From assembly GCA_964202905.1 (NCBI GenBank), contig CAXNJO010000002.1:64001-128000 (forward strand): a stretch of 64,000 bases of DNA. Direction: 5' to 3'. The position numbers were made by a program, and so were the translations under genes. The notes beneath the pieces are model-generated. The model was not told where the DNA came from, did no database searches, and worked only from the letters and a program-made list of their open reading frames with translations. Of the stretch, positions 41,457 to 53,450 are shown piece by piece. The DNA is from Polyangiales bacterium (GTDB taxonomy: Bacteria; Myxococcota_A; Polyangia; Polyangiales; JADJQN01). The stretch's first letter is position 1; each line of letters opens with the position of its first letter.

Positions 41457-43100
41457 TCAGCCCGCGGCGACGCCGTGTTCGCGGACGAGCGCGCGGGCGT
41501 AGGCGGCGATGCGGGTCCGGTTCACACGGACGTAGCGGGCGCGCGGATTGGCCGCGGCACAGGCGCGCGCGAGCGCCGTGTCCGTCGCGTGATCCTGGAA
41601 GCTGGTCGCGCCGAGCACGAGGTCGTGGGCGCCCCGCTGGATCGCCTTGACGGCCTCGGCCACGGCCCGCGGGTCCGCGACGCACCACGCGACCTCGAGA
41701 TCGAGGGCCGCGTGCAGGCGGTCGCGCAACTCCGGGTCTTCGCGGTTCGCGACGACGAGCGCACGCTGCGCGGTGAGGCGCGGGCGCACGAGGCCGAGGA
41801 GCCGCGCGGCCACCGCCTCGAGCGTACCGTCCGCGGGGTCGGCCGGGCCCGTCTCCGCGCCGCGCTGGAAGAACTCGTGCCAGGTACCCCGCGGCCGAAA
41901 CCCGGGATCGAGCGCGGCCTTGAGGGCCTGCCCGCGGTCACCGAGCCCCGTGACGAGGAAGCGGATCCGGCCGACGGCGGCACCCCAGTGTTCGGCGTCC
42001 GGCGCGCTCGCACGGAGCCAGCGCAGGCGCTGCGCGACCTCCACGAGCTCCAGGATGTCGGCGTCGCTCACGCGGACGCTGTCCGCCCGGTCCACCGGCG
42101 GGTGCGCCAGCGAGCCGCCCACGCGCTCCACCGCGGCGCGCAGACGCGCGAAGAGCGCGGCGCGCTCGGGCGGCGCCGGGAACTGCGCGGCCCCGTCGAG
42201 CCAGCCGTCGTCGAATCCGGGCTGGCTCACGAGGGCTTCGAGGCGGCTCTCGAGAATGTCCGCGAGCTCGCCCCAGCGGCGCGGCATCGGGCGCGGCGCA
42301 GGCTCGACGCTGCGCGACGCCTGCTCGACCGTCGTGTGCAACTGCAGCGCGCGCACGGTGCCCGGCCACCAGATCTTGCAGAGGTGCGTGAGGCGACGCG
42401 CGATGTTCTGCGTCGTGTGCTGCACCTGGCGCTCGGTCGGGTACTGCTCCTCGATGCTGCGGGCGCGCGCGATCCACGCGAGCACGTGCGCGCGCTGCAG
42501 GCCCGGGGCCATCAGCGATACCTCGCTCACCGCATCCTCGACGCGCGCACGCACGACGCCGAGATCCGCGAGCGCGTCCTCGACGGAGAAGAAGGTTCGC
42601 CCCGACTCGCCCTCCGAAAACGGCGGCGTCAGCGGGGGCGCTGGACGCAGGATCGGCGGCGAGCCGCTGCCGATGGTCGTGACCACCATGCGCGAGGGTG
42701 TCCGAGGCGGCGGCGTTCCCCAGCCCTCGTTCACGTGAACGACCTGCGGCCGCAGACGCTCGCGCGCCATCGTCGGCGGCGGGGTCGGCGCAGGCGCGAG
42801 GCGAGGCGGGGCGAGGCGGGGCGGCGCGGTGTCGCCCGAGAGCGCGGACTCGCGGCGCTCGACCTGCGCGTCGAACGCGGCGCGCGCGATGCGGGTCGGG
42901 AGCATCGCGCGGAGGGCGTCGCGGAGCGCGTCGGCGCCGTCGGCGCCCGCGCCCTCGAAGCGCTCCTCCTCGCCGCGGACCGTGCAACCGGCCCCTCCCT
43001 CCGACCACGCCACCGCGTAGCCGAGTTCGCGCAAGATCTCTACGGTGGCACGCGAGCGGAGGTCACTCGGCGTGCTGGTTGCTGTCGGTCGTTCAGCCAT
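41457..43100 (-). CDS. Hypothetical protein with a C-terminal DUF2325-like domain
   Basis: Long ORF with a plausible composition. DLVLGATSFQDH resembles the DUF2325 D...T.F..H motif. Confidence 0.55.
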   Translation of the reverse strand: MAERPTATSTPSDLRSRATVEILRELGYAVAWSEGGAGCTVRGEEERFEGAGADGADALRDALRAMLPTRIARAAFDAQVERRESALSGDTAPPRLAPPRLAPAPTPPPTMARERLRPQVVHVNEGWGTPPPRTPSRMVVTTIGSGSPPILRPAPPLTPPFSEGESGRTFFSVEDALADLGVVRARVEDAVSEVSLMAPGLQRAHVLAWIARARSIEEQYPTERQVQHTTQNIARRLTHLCKIWWPGTVRALQLHTTVEQASRSVEPAPRPMPRRWGELADILESRLEALVSQPGFDDGWLDGAAQFPAPPERAALFARLRAAVERVGGSLAHPPVDRADSVRVSDADILELVEVAQRLRWLRASAPDAEHWGAAVGRIRFLVTGLGDRGQALKAALDPGFRPRGTWHEFFQRGAETGPADPADGTLEAVAARLLGLVRPRLTAQRALVVANREDPELRDRLHAALDLEVAWCVADPRAVAEAVKAIQRGAHDLVLGATSFQDHATDTALARACAAANPRARYVRVNRTRIAAYARALVREHGVAAG

Positions 43101-43214
43101 CGGTTCCCGGAGGATGACGCATCCCATGTCGGAACAGCCGCCTGACCACAAACTCCAGCTTCTCCCGATTTCGTCCCCGCCCCGCGATGCGGCACGTGCG
43201 CAGCGTCCGGAGTC

Positions 43215-44561
43215 TCAGGGGCGTGCCGGTGCGCGGCGCGCGATCCCCCGCTCCACCTGCCTCAGCAGCCAGGGTACGCACGCCGCGAGGAAGATCGACG
43301 TCCCGGCGACGCGCGGCATCCCCACGAGCATCCCGTCGGGGCCGTCGCGCAGCAGGAGTGACGAGAGCAGCGCCCCGGCCGCCGACGCGAAATGCTGCAC
43401 GGCCGACTGCAGGCTCATGAAGGCGGCGCGCTGCTGCGGACGCGGCACCTTGGTCATGGTCGCGCCCTGCGCGACGTTGCGGATCGACATCGAGAACATG
43501 AAGCCGACGAAGAGCACGACCATCGGGGCGAGCGCCGCGAGCGGCAGCGACGCCCCCCCGACGCGCACGGTGATGTCGAACGGTCCCCCCGCGGCCGCGT
43601 GCACGAGCGCCGCGGTGTCCGCGCGGTCGTAGACCACGAAACCGAACCAGATGACGCTGCAGAGCACGAGCGTTCCGACGACCGACACCGGGAACGCGCC
43701 CAGCCGATCGACGATGCGCCCGGCGCGCCGGATCGTGAAGATCGTGACGAGCCCGCCCGCGAAGTAGAGCAGCTTCAGCATCGCCTTCGGGAACTCGAGG
43801 TTCGCGTCGAGGTACCCGGCGATGGTCGGGATGAGCGCGAAGCTGCCCATCATCACGAGCGCCGTCGTCGAGAGCGCGAGCCACGCGAGCCGATCGCCGA
43901 AGAGCGCCCCGAGCCCGCCGAGGCGCGGTGTCGGCGCGCCCGCGAGGATGTGGCCGCGCAGCGACGGGAGGCGGAGGTGCGTGTACCCGAACGCCAGCAC
44001 GCCGAGCGCCGCGACCCCGAAGAAGGGCGCGCGCCATCCGCCGAGGTCCGCGAGCGTCAGGCCGAACGGGACCCCGAGCACGGAGGCCACCGAGAAGGCG
44101 GTCATCACGGTGCCGAGGGCGCGGCCACGGCGCTCGGGCGGCACGATGTCGGCCACGATCGCGAGCGCGACCGAGGTCGCGGGCCCCCCGAAGAGCCCTG
44201 CGAGCACGCGTGCGAGCAGGAGCGTCGGCAGATCGACCGCGAAGCCGCCGAGCGCCGTCGCGGCGGTGAGCCCGAGCATCGACACCAGCAGCGCGCGCCG
44301 ACGGTCGAAGCGGTCGAGGAAGAGCGCGCCGACGAGCCCGCTCAACCCCGCGGCCGCGGTGTACGCCGTGCCGACGTAACCGACCTCGGACCGCGGGAAG
44401 TGAAGCGCCTCCGCGAAGTACGGCCCGAGCGGCATCACCATCATGAAATCGAGGATGTTGACGAGCTGCACGAGCGCGACGAGCAGGACGACGCGCTGCT
44501 CGTCTGGTCCGGGCAGCCGCGGAACGGGCGCTGCGCTGCCCGAGCGATCCGGATCGTTCAT
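43215..44561 (-). CDS. MFS transporter
   Basis: ILDFMMVMPLG, motif A DRFDRRRAL, ERRGRALG and GWRAPF; about 12 hydrophobic segments. Confidence 0.9.
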   Translation of the reverse strand: MNDPDRSGSAAPVPRLPGPDEQRVVLLVALVQLVNILDFMMVMPLGPYFAEALHFPRSEVGYVGTAYTAAAGLSGLVGALFLDRFDRRRALLVSMLGLTAATALGGFAVDLPTLLLARVLAGLFGGPATSVALAIVADIVPPERRGRALGTVMTAFSVASVLGVPFGLTLADLGGWRAPFFGVAALGVLAFGYTHLRLPSLRGHILAGAPTPRLGGLGALFGDRLAWLALSTTALVMMGSFALIPTIAGYLDANLEFPKAMLKLLYFAGGLVTIFTIRRAGRIVDRLGAFPVSVVGTLVLCSVIWFGFVVYDRADTAALVHAAAGGPFDITVRVGGASLPLAALAPMVVLFVGFMFSMSIRNVAQGATMTKVPRPQQRAAFMSLQSAVQHFASAAGALLSSLLLRDGPDGMLVGMPRVAGTSIFLAACVPWLLRQVERGIARRAPARP

Positions 44562-44637
44562 CGACGCACCGTAGACGTCGCCCGGCCCCCTGAGAAGCAC
44601 CGCGCGCGGCGGCGCGGGGCTGCTACGCTCGGCGCGC

Positions 44638-45840
44638 ATGTCGGCACGCCCCCACGCGCTCGGGCTCCGCGCGAGCGACGCCGACGAGCCCGCGACCGCG
44701 GACGATTGGCGCTGGCAGGTTCGCCACGCGGTCACGGATCTGGCCGGTCTCGAGGCGCGCCTGCACCTCACCGAACGCGAGCGCGAGGGCGTGCGCCGCG
44801 CGTTGGCGGACGGCTTCCCGATGTCGATCACGCCGCACTATCTGGGGCTCTGCGACCCTCACGATCCCGCGTGTCCCGTGCGCGTGCAGTGCGTGCCCGT
44901 CGCCGACGAGGCCCGCAGCGTGCCCGGCGATCTGCGCGATCCGCTTGGCGAGGAGGCGCACGAGGTCGCGCCACATCTCGTGCAGCGCTATCCAGACCGC
45001 GCGCTGCTTCTCGCGACCGATCGCTGCAGCGTCTATTGCCGTTTCTGCACGCGCTCGCGCATGGTCGGCGCGGGCGGCGGCGCCCGCAGCATGGAGCGGC
45101 TCGCGCCCGCGTTCGCCTGGCTGCGCGCGCACCCCGAGGTGCGCGACGTCATCGTCTCCGGCGGTGATCCGCTGGTGATGCGCACCGAGCGCCTCGCCGA
45201 GATCCTCGGCGCGCTCGCGGCGATCGAGAGCCTCGACACGGTGCGCGTCGCGACCCGCGCGCCGGTCACGCTCCCACAGCGCATCACGGGCGAGCTCTGC
45301 GCGGCGCTCCGCACGCACCCGGCGGTGTGGCTCATGACGCACTTCAACCACCCGAAGGAGCTCGCCCCCGCGGCCCTCCGCGCGTGCGGGCGGCTCATCG
45401 ACGCGGGCATCCCCGTGATGAACCAGACGGTGCTGCTCCGCGGCGTGAACGACGACGCCGACGTGCTCGAGCGGCTCTTTCGCGGGCTCGTCCGCACGCG
45501 CGTTCGGCCCTACTACCTACTCCAGGCCGACCCGGTGCGCGGCACCGGGCACCTGCGGACGCCGATCGCGACGGGCCTCGCGATCATGGAGCGCCTGCAG
45601 GGCCGGCTCACGGGGATCGCGGTGCCGAAGTTCATCGTCGACACGCCGGGCGGCCGCGGGAAGGTCCCGCTCCTGCCCGACTACGTCGCGGCGCGCGGCG
45701 CGGGGACGACGACGCTCCGCACCTTCCGCGGCGAGCTCGTCGACTACATCGATCCGCCCTCCCCGTGCGCACCCTCCGCGCCGGTCGACGACGCACGAAC
45801 CCCCGACGCGAACGGGCAAAACGCCGCGACGAACGCGTGA
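44638..45840 (+). CDS. kamA: KamA family radical SAM lysine 2,3-aminomutase
   Basis: DWRWQ, DPLGE, QRYPDR, CSVYCRFC, SGGDPL, HFNHPKE, NQTVLLRGVND and GGRGKVP. Confidence 0.9.
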   Translation: MSARPHALGLRASDADEPATADDWRWQVRHAVTDLAGLEARLHLTEREREGVRRALADGFPMSITPHYLGLCDPHDPACPVRVQCVPVADEARSVPGDLRDPLGEEAHEVAPHLVQRYPDRALLLATDRCSVYCRFCTRSRMVGAGGGARSMERLAPAFAWLRAHPEVRDVIVSGGDPLVMRTERLAEILGALAAIESLDTVRVATRAPVTLPQRITGELCAALRTHPAVWLMTHFNHPKELAPAALRACGRLIDAGIPVMNQTVLLRGVNDDADVLERLFRGLVRTRVRPYYLLQADPVRGTGHLRTPIATGLAIMERLQGRLTGIAVPKFIVDTPGGRGKVPLLPDYVAARGAGTTTLRTFRGELVDYIDPPSPCAPSAPVDDARTPDANGQNAATNA

Positions 45841-45904
45841 CTTTCCCGTTGGCGCGATCGACCCCACGGTGTATAGGCGCGCGGGACTCCAACGAGGTCT
45901 AGAG

Positions 45905-46627
45905 ATGCAACGAGCGCGGCTCCTCCATCAGACGTCCATCGGGAAGAAGGCCATCGTGGCCGTCACCGGCGTCGTGATGTTCGGCTTTCTCGTCGGACAC
46001 ATGGCCGGGAACCTCCAGGTGTTCCTCGGCCCCGAGAAGATCAACGCGTACGCCGCCTTCTTGAAGGCCACGCTGCCCCTGCTCTGGGGCACGCGCGCGG
46101 TGCTGCTCGTCTCGGTCGCGGCCCACATCTACTATTCGCTGTCCCTCGCCGCCGAGGCCGGCGACGCGCGGCCGAGGGCCTACGCGAAGCGCGTGAACAA
46201 CGCGACCAACCTCGCCGCGATCTCGATGCGCCTGAGCGGCCCGACGGTCGCGCTCTTCATCGTCTATCACCTGCTGCACCTCACCCTCGGCTACTCGCCG
46301 ACGGGCACGCACAGCGAGACGAACGTCTACGCGAACGTGATCGGCAGCTTCCAGATCCCATGGCTCGCGGCGGTGTACGTCGTCGCCCAGCTGCTGCTCG
46401 GGGTGCACCTCTTCCACGGCGCGTGGAGCTTCTTCCAGACGCTCGGCCTCAGCCACCCGCGCTACGACGGCTTCCGCCGCACCTTCGCCGTGGGCCTCAC
46501 GGTCCTCATCGTGGGCGGCAACGTCAGCATCCCCGTCGCCATCGCCTCCGGGCTCTTCCCGGGCGAGGCGCAGGTCGGCGCCGCCGACGGCGAGCCGATC
46601 GAGGCGAACAACCTCGTCGTCGAATGA
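45905..46627 (+). CDS. sdhC: Succinate dehydrogenase cytochrome b subunit
   Basis: [17 protein letters not shown], and conserved His residues (AHI, YHL, HLFHG). Confidence 0.92.
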   Translation: MQRARLLHQTSIGKKAIVAVTGVVMFGFLVGHMAGNLQVFLGPEKINAYAAFLKATLPLLWGTRAVLLVSVAAHIYYSLSLAAEAGDARPRAYAKRVNNATNLAAISMRLSGPTVALFIVYHLLHLTLGYSPTGTHSETNVYANVIGSFQIPWLAAVYVVAQLLLGVHLFHGAWSFFQTLGLSHPRYDGFRRTFAVGLTVLIVGGNVSIPVAIASGLFPGEAQVGAADGEPIEANNLVVE

Positions 46628-46655
46628 CGCGCATCCACTCCCCGGAGACAACGCG

Positions 46656-48602
46656 ATGGAGCTGAAGTCGAACGCCCCCGATGGCCCTATCGAGACGCGC
46701 TGGGACCGCCACCGCTTCTCGATGAAGCTCGTGAACCCGGCGAACAAGCGGAAGTACAAAGTCATCGTCGTGGGCACCGGCCTCGCCGGGGCGAGCGCGT
46801 CCGCGACGCTGGCCGAGCTCGGCTACCACGTCGACGCCTTCTGCTATCAAGACTCGCCGCGCCGCGCGCACTCCATCGCGGCCCAGGGCGGCATCAACGG
46901 CGCGAAGAACTACCAGAACGACGGCGACAGCGTCTATCGCCTCTTCTACGACACCGTGAAAGGCGGCGACTTCCGCGCCCGCGAGTCGAACGTCTACCGC
47001 CTCGCGCAGATCAGCGTGCAGATCATCGATCAGTGCGTCGCGCAGGGCGTCCCGTTCGCGCGCGAGTACGGCGGCCTGCTCGCGAACCGCAGCTTCGGTG
47101 GCGCACAGGTCTCGCGCACGTTCTACGCGCGCGGCCAGACGGGGCAGCAGCTCCTGCTCGGCGCGTACCAGGCGCTCGAGAAGATGATCGACGCCGGCGG
47201 CGTGACGATGCACCCGCGCTGCGAGATGCTCGACCTCATCGTCATCGACGGGCGCGCGCGCGGGATCATCACGCGCAGCCTCGTCGACGGCAAACTCGAG
47301 GTCCACATGGCGGACGCCGTGTGTCTCGCGACGGGCGGTTACGGCAACGTCTTCTACCTCTCGACCAACGCCAAGGGTTGCAACGTCACCGCGACGTGGC
47401 GCGCACACCGCCGCGGCGCCCTCTTCGCGAACCCCTGCTACACGCAGATCCACCCGACCTGCATCCCCGTGAAGGGCGACTACCAGTCGAAGCTCACGCT
47501 GATGAGCGAGTCGCTCCGCAACGACGGCCGCGTCTGGGTCCCGAAGCGGCGCGAGGACGTGGACAAGAAGCCCGGCGAGATCCCCGAGTCGGATCGCGAC
47601 TACTACCTCGAGCGGATGTATCCGAGCTTCGGCAACCTCGCCCCGCGCGACATCGCCTCGCGCGGTGCGAAGACGGTCTGCGACGAGGGGCGCGGCGTCG
47701 GCCCCGGCGGGCTCGGCGTCTACCTCGACTTCGCCGACGCGATCAAGCGGCTCGGCCAAGCGCAGATCGCGGAGCGCTACGGCAACCTCTTCGAGATGTA
47801 CCAGCGCATCACCGACGAGAACCCCTACGAGGTTCCGATGCGCATCTACCCGGCCGTCCACTACACGATGGGCGGGCTCTGGGTCGACTACAACCTCCAG
47901 AGCACGATCCCCGGGCTCTTCGTGCTCGGCGAGGCGAACTTCTCCGACCACGGCGCGAACCGCCTCGGCGCGAGCGCGCTCATGCAGGGCCTCGCGGACG
48001 GCTACTTCGTCATCCCCGCGACGCTCGGCAACTACCTCGCGAGCGAATCGGGCGGGAAACTCTTCGAGAAGCGGCCCGACGAGACGCACCCAGAGGCCGT
48101 GAAGGTCCGCGACGAGGTCGCCGCGCGGCTCGACAAACTCCTCCACAGCAAGACCCCGAAGCGGACGCCCGCCTCCTTCCACCGCGAGCTCGGCAAGCTC
48201 GTCTGGGACCAGTGCGGCATGGCCCGCACGCGCAAGGGGCTGGAGGAGGCGCTCACGCGCATCCCGCAGCTGCGCGAAGAGTTCTGGGAGACCGTCTCCG
48301 TGCCGGGCAGCGGCGAGGAGCTCAACCAGACGCTCGAGCACGCCGGGCGCGTCGCCGACTTCCTCGAGTTCGCCGAGCTGCTCTGCAAGGACGCCCTCGA
48401 CCGCGAGGAGTCGTGCGGCGGGCATTTCCGCGAGGAGCACCAGGTCGAGAGCGGCCCTGAAAAGGGCGAGGCCAAGCGCAACGACGAGGCGTTCCAGTAC
48501 GCGGCGGCCTGGGAGTGGAAGGGCTTCGGCGCGGCGCCCGCGCTCCACAAGGAGCCGCTGGCCTTCGATTACGTCAAACCTTCGCAGCGCAGCTACAAGT
48601 GA
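46656..48602 (+). CDS. sdhA: Succinate dehydrogenase/fumarate reductase flavoprotein
   Basis: [37 protein letters not shown] and REESCGGH. Confidence 0.97.
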   Translation: MELKSNAPDGPIETRWDRHRFSMKLVNPANKRKYKVIVVGTGLAGASASATLAELGYHVDAFCYQDSPRRAHSIAAQGGINGAKNYQNDGDSVYRLFYDTVKGGDFRARESNVYRLAQISVQIIDQCVAQGVPFAREYGGLLANRSFGGAQVSRTFYARGQTGQQLLLGAYQALEKMIDAGGVTMHPRCEMLDLIVIDGRARGIITRSLVDGKLEVHMADAVCLATGGYGNVFYLSTNAKGCNVTATWRAHRRGALFANPCYTQIHPTCIPVKGDYQSKLTLMSESLRNDGRVWVPKRREDVDKKPGEIPESDRDYYLERMYPSFGNLAPRDIASRGAKTVCDEGRGVGPGGLGVYLDFADAIKRLGQAQIAERYGNLFEMYQRITDENPYEVPMRIYPAVHYTMGGLWVDYNLQSTIPGLFVLGEANFSDHGANRLGASALMQGLADGYFVIPATLGNYLASESGGKLFEKRPDETHPEAVKVRDEVAARLDKLLHSKTPKRTPASFHRELGKLVWDQCGMARTRKGLEEALTRIPQLREEFWETVSVPGSGEELNQTLEHAGRVADFLEFAELLCKDALDREESCGGHFREEHQVESGPEKGEAKRNDEAFQYAAAWEWKGFGAAPALHKEPLAFDYVKPSQRSYK

Positions 48603-48619
48603 GCAGGGGAGAGACGACC

Positions 48620-49435
48620 ATGGCAGGCAACGGTCAGTCCGCTTCGCAGAAGGCTTCGATGAAGCTCAGGCTCCACGTCTGGCGGCAGCAGAACGCCGGC
48701 GACGCCGGGCGCTTCGAGGAGTACGCCGCCGAGGGCATCAGCCCGGACATGTCGTTCCTCGAGATGCTCGATGTCGTGAACGAGGGGCTGATCACCTCGG
48801 GCAAGACGCCGATCGCCTTCGATCACGACTGCCGCGAGGGGATCTGCGGCAGCTGCGGCCTGATGATCAACGGCATCGCGCACGGGCCGCAGGGCGCGAC
48901 GACGACCTGCCAGTTGCACATGCGCTCGTTCGCGGATGGCGACGAGCTCTGGATCGAGCCGTGGCGTGCGCGGGCGTTCCCCGTCGTCCGCGACCTCGTC
49001 GTCAACCGCGGCGCGCTCGACCGCATCGTCGCGAAGGGCGGCTACGTGTCGGTGCGCACCGGCTCGGCGCGCGACGCGAACGAGATCCTGGTGCCGAAGC
49101 AGCAGTCGGATGCCGCGATGGACAACGCCGCGTGCATCGGCTGCGGCGCGTGCGTCGCCGCCTGCCCCAACGCGAGCGCGTCGCTCTTCACCGCCGCGAA
49201 GGTCACGCACCTCGCCGAGCTCCCCCAGGGCCAGCCCGAGCGCTTCCGCCGCGTGCGGCGCATGGTCGAGCAGATGGATGTCGAGGGCTTCGGCCACTGC
49301 ACGAACCACCGCGAGTGCGAAGCCGTCTGCCCGAAGGGCATCCGCATCGGGTCGATCGCGCAGATGAACCGTGACTACCTGCGCGCCGTGCTGACGAAGC
49401 CCGAGGACAAGGAGTCTTCGGGCGGCGCGGGCTGA
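48620..49435 (+). CDS. sdhB: Succinate dehydrogenase iron-sulfur subunit
   Basis: [18 protein letters not shown] and C.....C...CP. Confidence 0.96.
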   Translation: MAGNGQSASQKASMKLRLHVWRQQNAGDAGRFEEYAAEGISPDMSFLEMLDVVNEGLITSGKTPIAFDHDCREGICGSCGLMINGIAHGPQGATTTCQLHMRSFADGDELWIEPWRARAFPVVRDLVVNRGALDRIVAKGGYVSVRTGSARDANEILVPKQQSDAAMDNAACIGCGACVAACPNASASLFTAAKVTHLAELPQGQPERFRRVRRMVEQMDVEGFGHCTNHRECEAVCPKGIRIGSIAQMNRDYLRAVLTKPEDKESSGGAG

Positions 49436-49473
49436 ACCTCGCATCACGCAGCGACGCGACGAGCGTCGATCCA

Positions 49474-49507
49474 CGGCCCCGACTGAATGACGATTCAGCC
49501 GGGGCCG
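49474..49507. terminator. Hairpin between convergent genes containing palindrome copy 4 (CTGAAT-GACG-ATTCAG, 49483-49498)
   Basis: CGGCCCCG-A-CTGAAT-GACG-ATTCAG-C-CGGGGCCG; no U tract. Confidence 0.55.
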
Positions 49508-49513
49508 CGTCGT

Positions 49514-50812
<1,299 letters not shown>

Positions 50813-50861
50813 CGCGGGATCCTAGTCCCGCGGCGCGCGGGGCAACACCCCTCGCCGCGCG

Positions 50862-51476
50862 TCAGCGCTTCTCGAGCTCGCGGAGCCGCGCCCGCACGAT
50901 GAGCGCGAGCGGGACGACGACGAGGAACGCGACGCCGAGGGCGACCCACGCGTACACCGAGGCGAGCGCGGCGAGGCGCTGCCAGCTCCCGCCGAGCGCC
51001 CACCCGACGCCGAGCAGGAGCGCGTTCCACGCGCTCGCGCTGACCGCCCCCCAGACCGCGACGCGCGACACCGGGACCCGCGCGAGCCCGGCGCCGACGA
51101 AGAAGAAGGCGCGCAGCGCCGGCACGAAGCGGTTGATGGCGAGGTATGCGGCGCCGTGCCGCTCGAAGCGCAGCCGCACCTCGTCGAGCGCCGCGCGCGA
51201 GCGCCTCCCCGCGAGCAGGCGCGGCGGCGCGTCGGGATCGATCGCGCGGCCGAACGCGTACGCGACGAGGCCGCCCGCCACGGCTCCCACGTCGAGCGCC
51301 AGGTAGACGAGCCAGGGCGAGTAGCCCGCGCTCCCGCCGAGGAACACGCCGAAGAGCGTGATCGTGTCGCCCGGGAACGGCGGGAAGACATACTCGAGCG
51401 CGGCCGCGAGCCCGAGCACGAGGTAGGCGAGCGGGCCTTCGTGCGACGTCAGCCACCCGAGGAGGAGATCCGTCAT
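50862..51476 (-). CDS. DedA family membrane protein
   Basis: EYVFPPFPGD, YAFGR, FERHG and RFVPALR. Confidence 0.88.
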   Translation of the reverse strand: MTDLLLGWLTSHEGPLAYLVLGLAAALEYVFPPFPGDTITLFGVFLGGSAGYSPWLVYLALDVGAVAGGLVAYAFGRAIDPDAPPRLLAGRRSRAALDEVRLRFERHGAAYLAINRFVPALRAFFFVGAGLARVPVSRVAVWGAVSASAWNALLLGVGWALGGSWQRLAALASVYAWVALGVAFLVVVPLALIVRARLRELEKR

Positions 51477-51510
51477 GTCCGCGCAGTCGTCCTCTGACGC
51501 AGTCCGGCCG

Positions 51511-52413
51511 ATGCTGCCACCACTCCGCCTCGGGCCCGGCGCGCGCGTCGCGGTCATCGCCCCCTCGAGCCCCTTCGACGTGGCGGCCTTCGAGGTCGGT
51601 GTCGCGCGGCTGCGCACGCGGTACGACGTGACGTTCCGCGACGATCTGCTCTCGAAAAGCGGCTACTTCGCCGGGGACGATGCGCGGCGACACGCGGAGC
51701 TCGACGCCGCGCTCGCCGACCCCGACGTGCGCGCGATCGTCGCGGCGCGTGGCGGGTACGGCGCGGCGCGGCTCCTCGCGCGGCTCGACGTCGCGGCCGT
51801 GCGCGCGGCGCGCAAGCTGCTCGTCGGCTTCAGCGACGTGACCGCGCTGCACGCGCTCTGGGCGCGCGCGGGCGTGCGCAGCCTGCACGCGACGATGGTG
51901 TGCGGCCTCGGCGCAGACGGGCGGACCGATCGGGAGCTCGCGCGCTGGATCGGCGCGGCGGAGGGCGAAATACCCCCTGAAATCCGAGGTCTACAGCCTC
52001 TGACGCGCGCCGTGCGGCGAGCGACGGGGCCGCTGCTCGGCGGCAACCTCGCCGTGCTCGCGGCGCTGGTCGGCACACCGCATCTGCCGCCGCTCGACGG
52101 CGCCGTGCTCTTCCTCGAGGACGTGGGCGAGCGGCCCTACCGCGTCGATCGGATGCTCACGCACCTGCGCCTCGCGGGGGTGCTCGAGCGCGTCGCGGCC
52201 GTGGTCCTCGGCACGTTCACGGACGCGGCGCCGGGCCGGGACGGCGTGACCGTCGACGACGCGATCGCCGGCTGCCTCGCGGGGCTCGACGTGCCCGTGC
52301 TCGCGGGCGTCCCTGCGGGGCACGTCGCCGACAACCTGGAGCTGCCGCTCGGCGCGCGCGTGGTCGTCGATCCCGAGGCCGGCACGCTCACCTTCACCGA
52401 AGGGCTCGCGTAG
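51511..52413 (+). CDS. ldcA: LD-carboxypeptidase (S66 family)
   Basis: VIAPSS, ARGGYG, GFSD, GGNL, FLEDVGE and AGH. An alternative start is at 51475. Confidence 0.88.
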   Translation: MLPPLRLGPGARVAVIAPSSPFDVAAFEVGVARLRTRYDVTFRDDLLSKSGYFAGDDARRHAELDAALADPDVRAIVAARGGYGAARLLARLDVAAVRAARKLLVGFSDVTALHALWARAGVRSLHATMVCGLGADGRTDRELARWIGAAEGEIPPEIRGLQPLTRAVRRATGPLLGGNLAVLAALVGTPHLPPLDGAVLFLEDVGERPYRVDRMLTHLRLAGVLERVAAVVLGTFTDAAPGRDGVTVDDAIAGCLAGLDVPVLAGVPAGHVADNLELPLGARVVVDPEAGTLTFTEGLA

Positions 52414-52429
52414 CGCGCACGCGGCGCTG

Positions 52430-53340
52430 AGCGCGGGTAGGACAGCGTCATACCGAGTACGGTCACGAGCACCAGGACGAGCGGCGTGAGCACGAGGAAG
52501 ACGAGCAGCGTGAAGCCCATCACGTCGCGCGCGCGCAGCCGGAAGAGGCCGACGACGGGCAACATCCAGAAGGGTTGCACGAGGTTCGCGAGCGCCTCGC
52601 CGAGGTCGTCGCAGGCGACCATCCAGCCGAGATGCACGCGCAGCTCGTGCGCGGCCTGCATCACGTACGGCGCCTCGAACACCCACTTGGAGCCGCCGCT
52701 CGGCACGAAGACCCCGAGCAGCATGGAGTACGCGGCGATGAGCGCCGGGAAGCTCGCGGCGCTCGAGACGCCGACGAACCAGCCGGCGATGAGCGCGTTG
52801 AGGTGCGTCTTCGCGATGACGGCCGCGATCCCCGCGTAGATCGGGAACTGCAGGGGGATGCCCCAACACCGCGAGCGTCGCCTCGCGCAGCGCCCGCATG
52901 AGCCGCGCCGGGGGGCCGTGCAGCGCGACGCCGAGCGTGAGGAAATTCAGGTGCACCGTGTCGAGGTCGATGGCGGTGAGCACGCTCGGGGCGCGCGCGA
53001 AGTAGCGGACGAGGTACACGCCCGCGAGCGCGACGAACGCGATCGAGAGCAGCGGCGAGCGCTCGAGCCAGTCACCCACCGTCGCGCGCGGGGCGGCGAG
53101 CGGCGCCTCCGCGTCGGGTTCGTCGAGCGCGATGCCGAGGTCCGCGGCGCTCTTCGCGCGGGCGCCCGCGGCGCCGCGAGCCAGACGACGAGCGTGACGA
53201 CCGCGATCTCGAGCGGCGGCGTCGGCGTCGCGACCGCTGCGCCTGCGACCACGAGCACGGTCCCGATCAGCGCAAACACGAACGCATCGGGGACGAAGCG
53301 CGCGGCGGCGCGCGTGAGGAACGACGCGAGGCGCTCGAGC
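52430..53340 (-). pseudogene. atoE: Degraded AtoE/TIGR00366 short-chain fatty acid transporter
   Basis: Retains RFVPDAFVFA, LQFPIYAGI, FVPSGG and NLVQPFW. It has no evident start, a large internal gap after TPPLEI, frameshifts near 53168 and 52862, and its frame reads through into ldcA. Confidence 0.75.
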
Positions 53341-53450
53341 GGCGGCTGCGCGGCGGTTGCGCGGCGGCTGCGGAGATGCGTCGCGACCCTACAATCCGGG
53401 GCGCGCGGCGCGCTTGCGCCCCGATCGGGGCCAGCCCACGCTCGCGCGCG

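Noticed and set aside
42727..42742. Palindrome TCGTTCACGTGAACGA
   Set aside because: It is a single intragenic copy with half-sites in the opposite arrangement to the five-copy motif, so it is probably chance.
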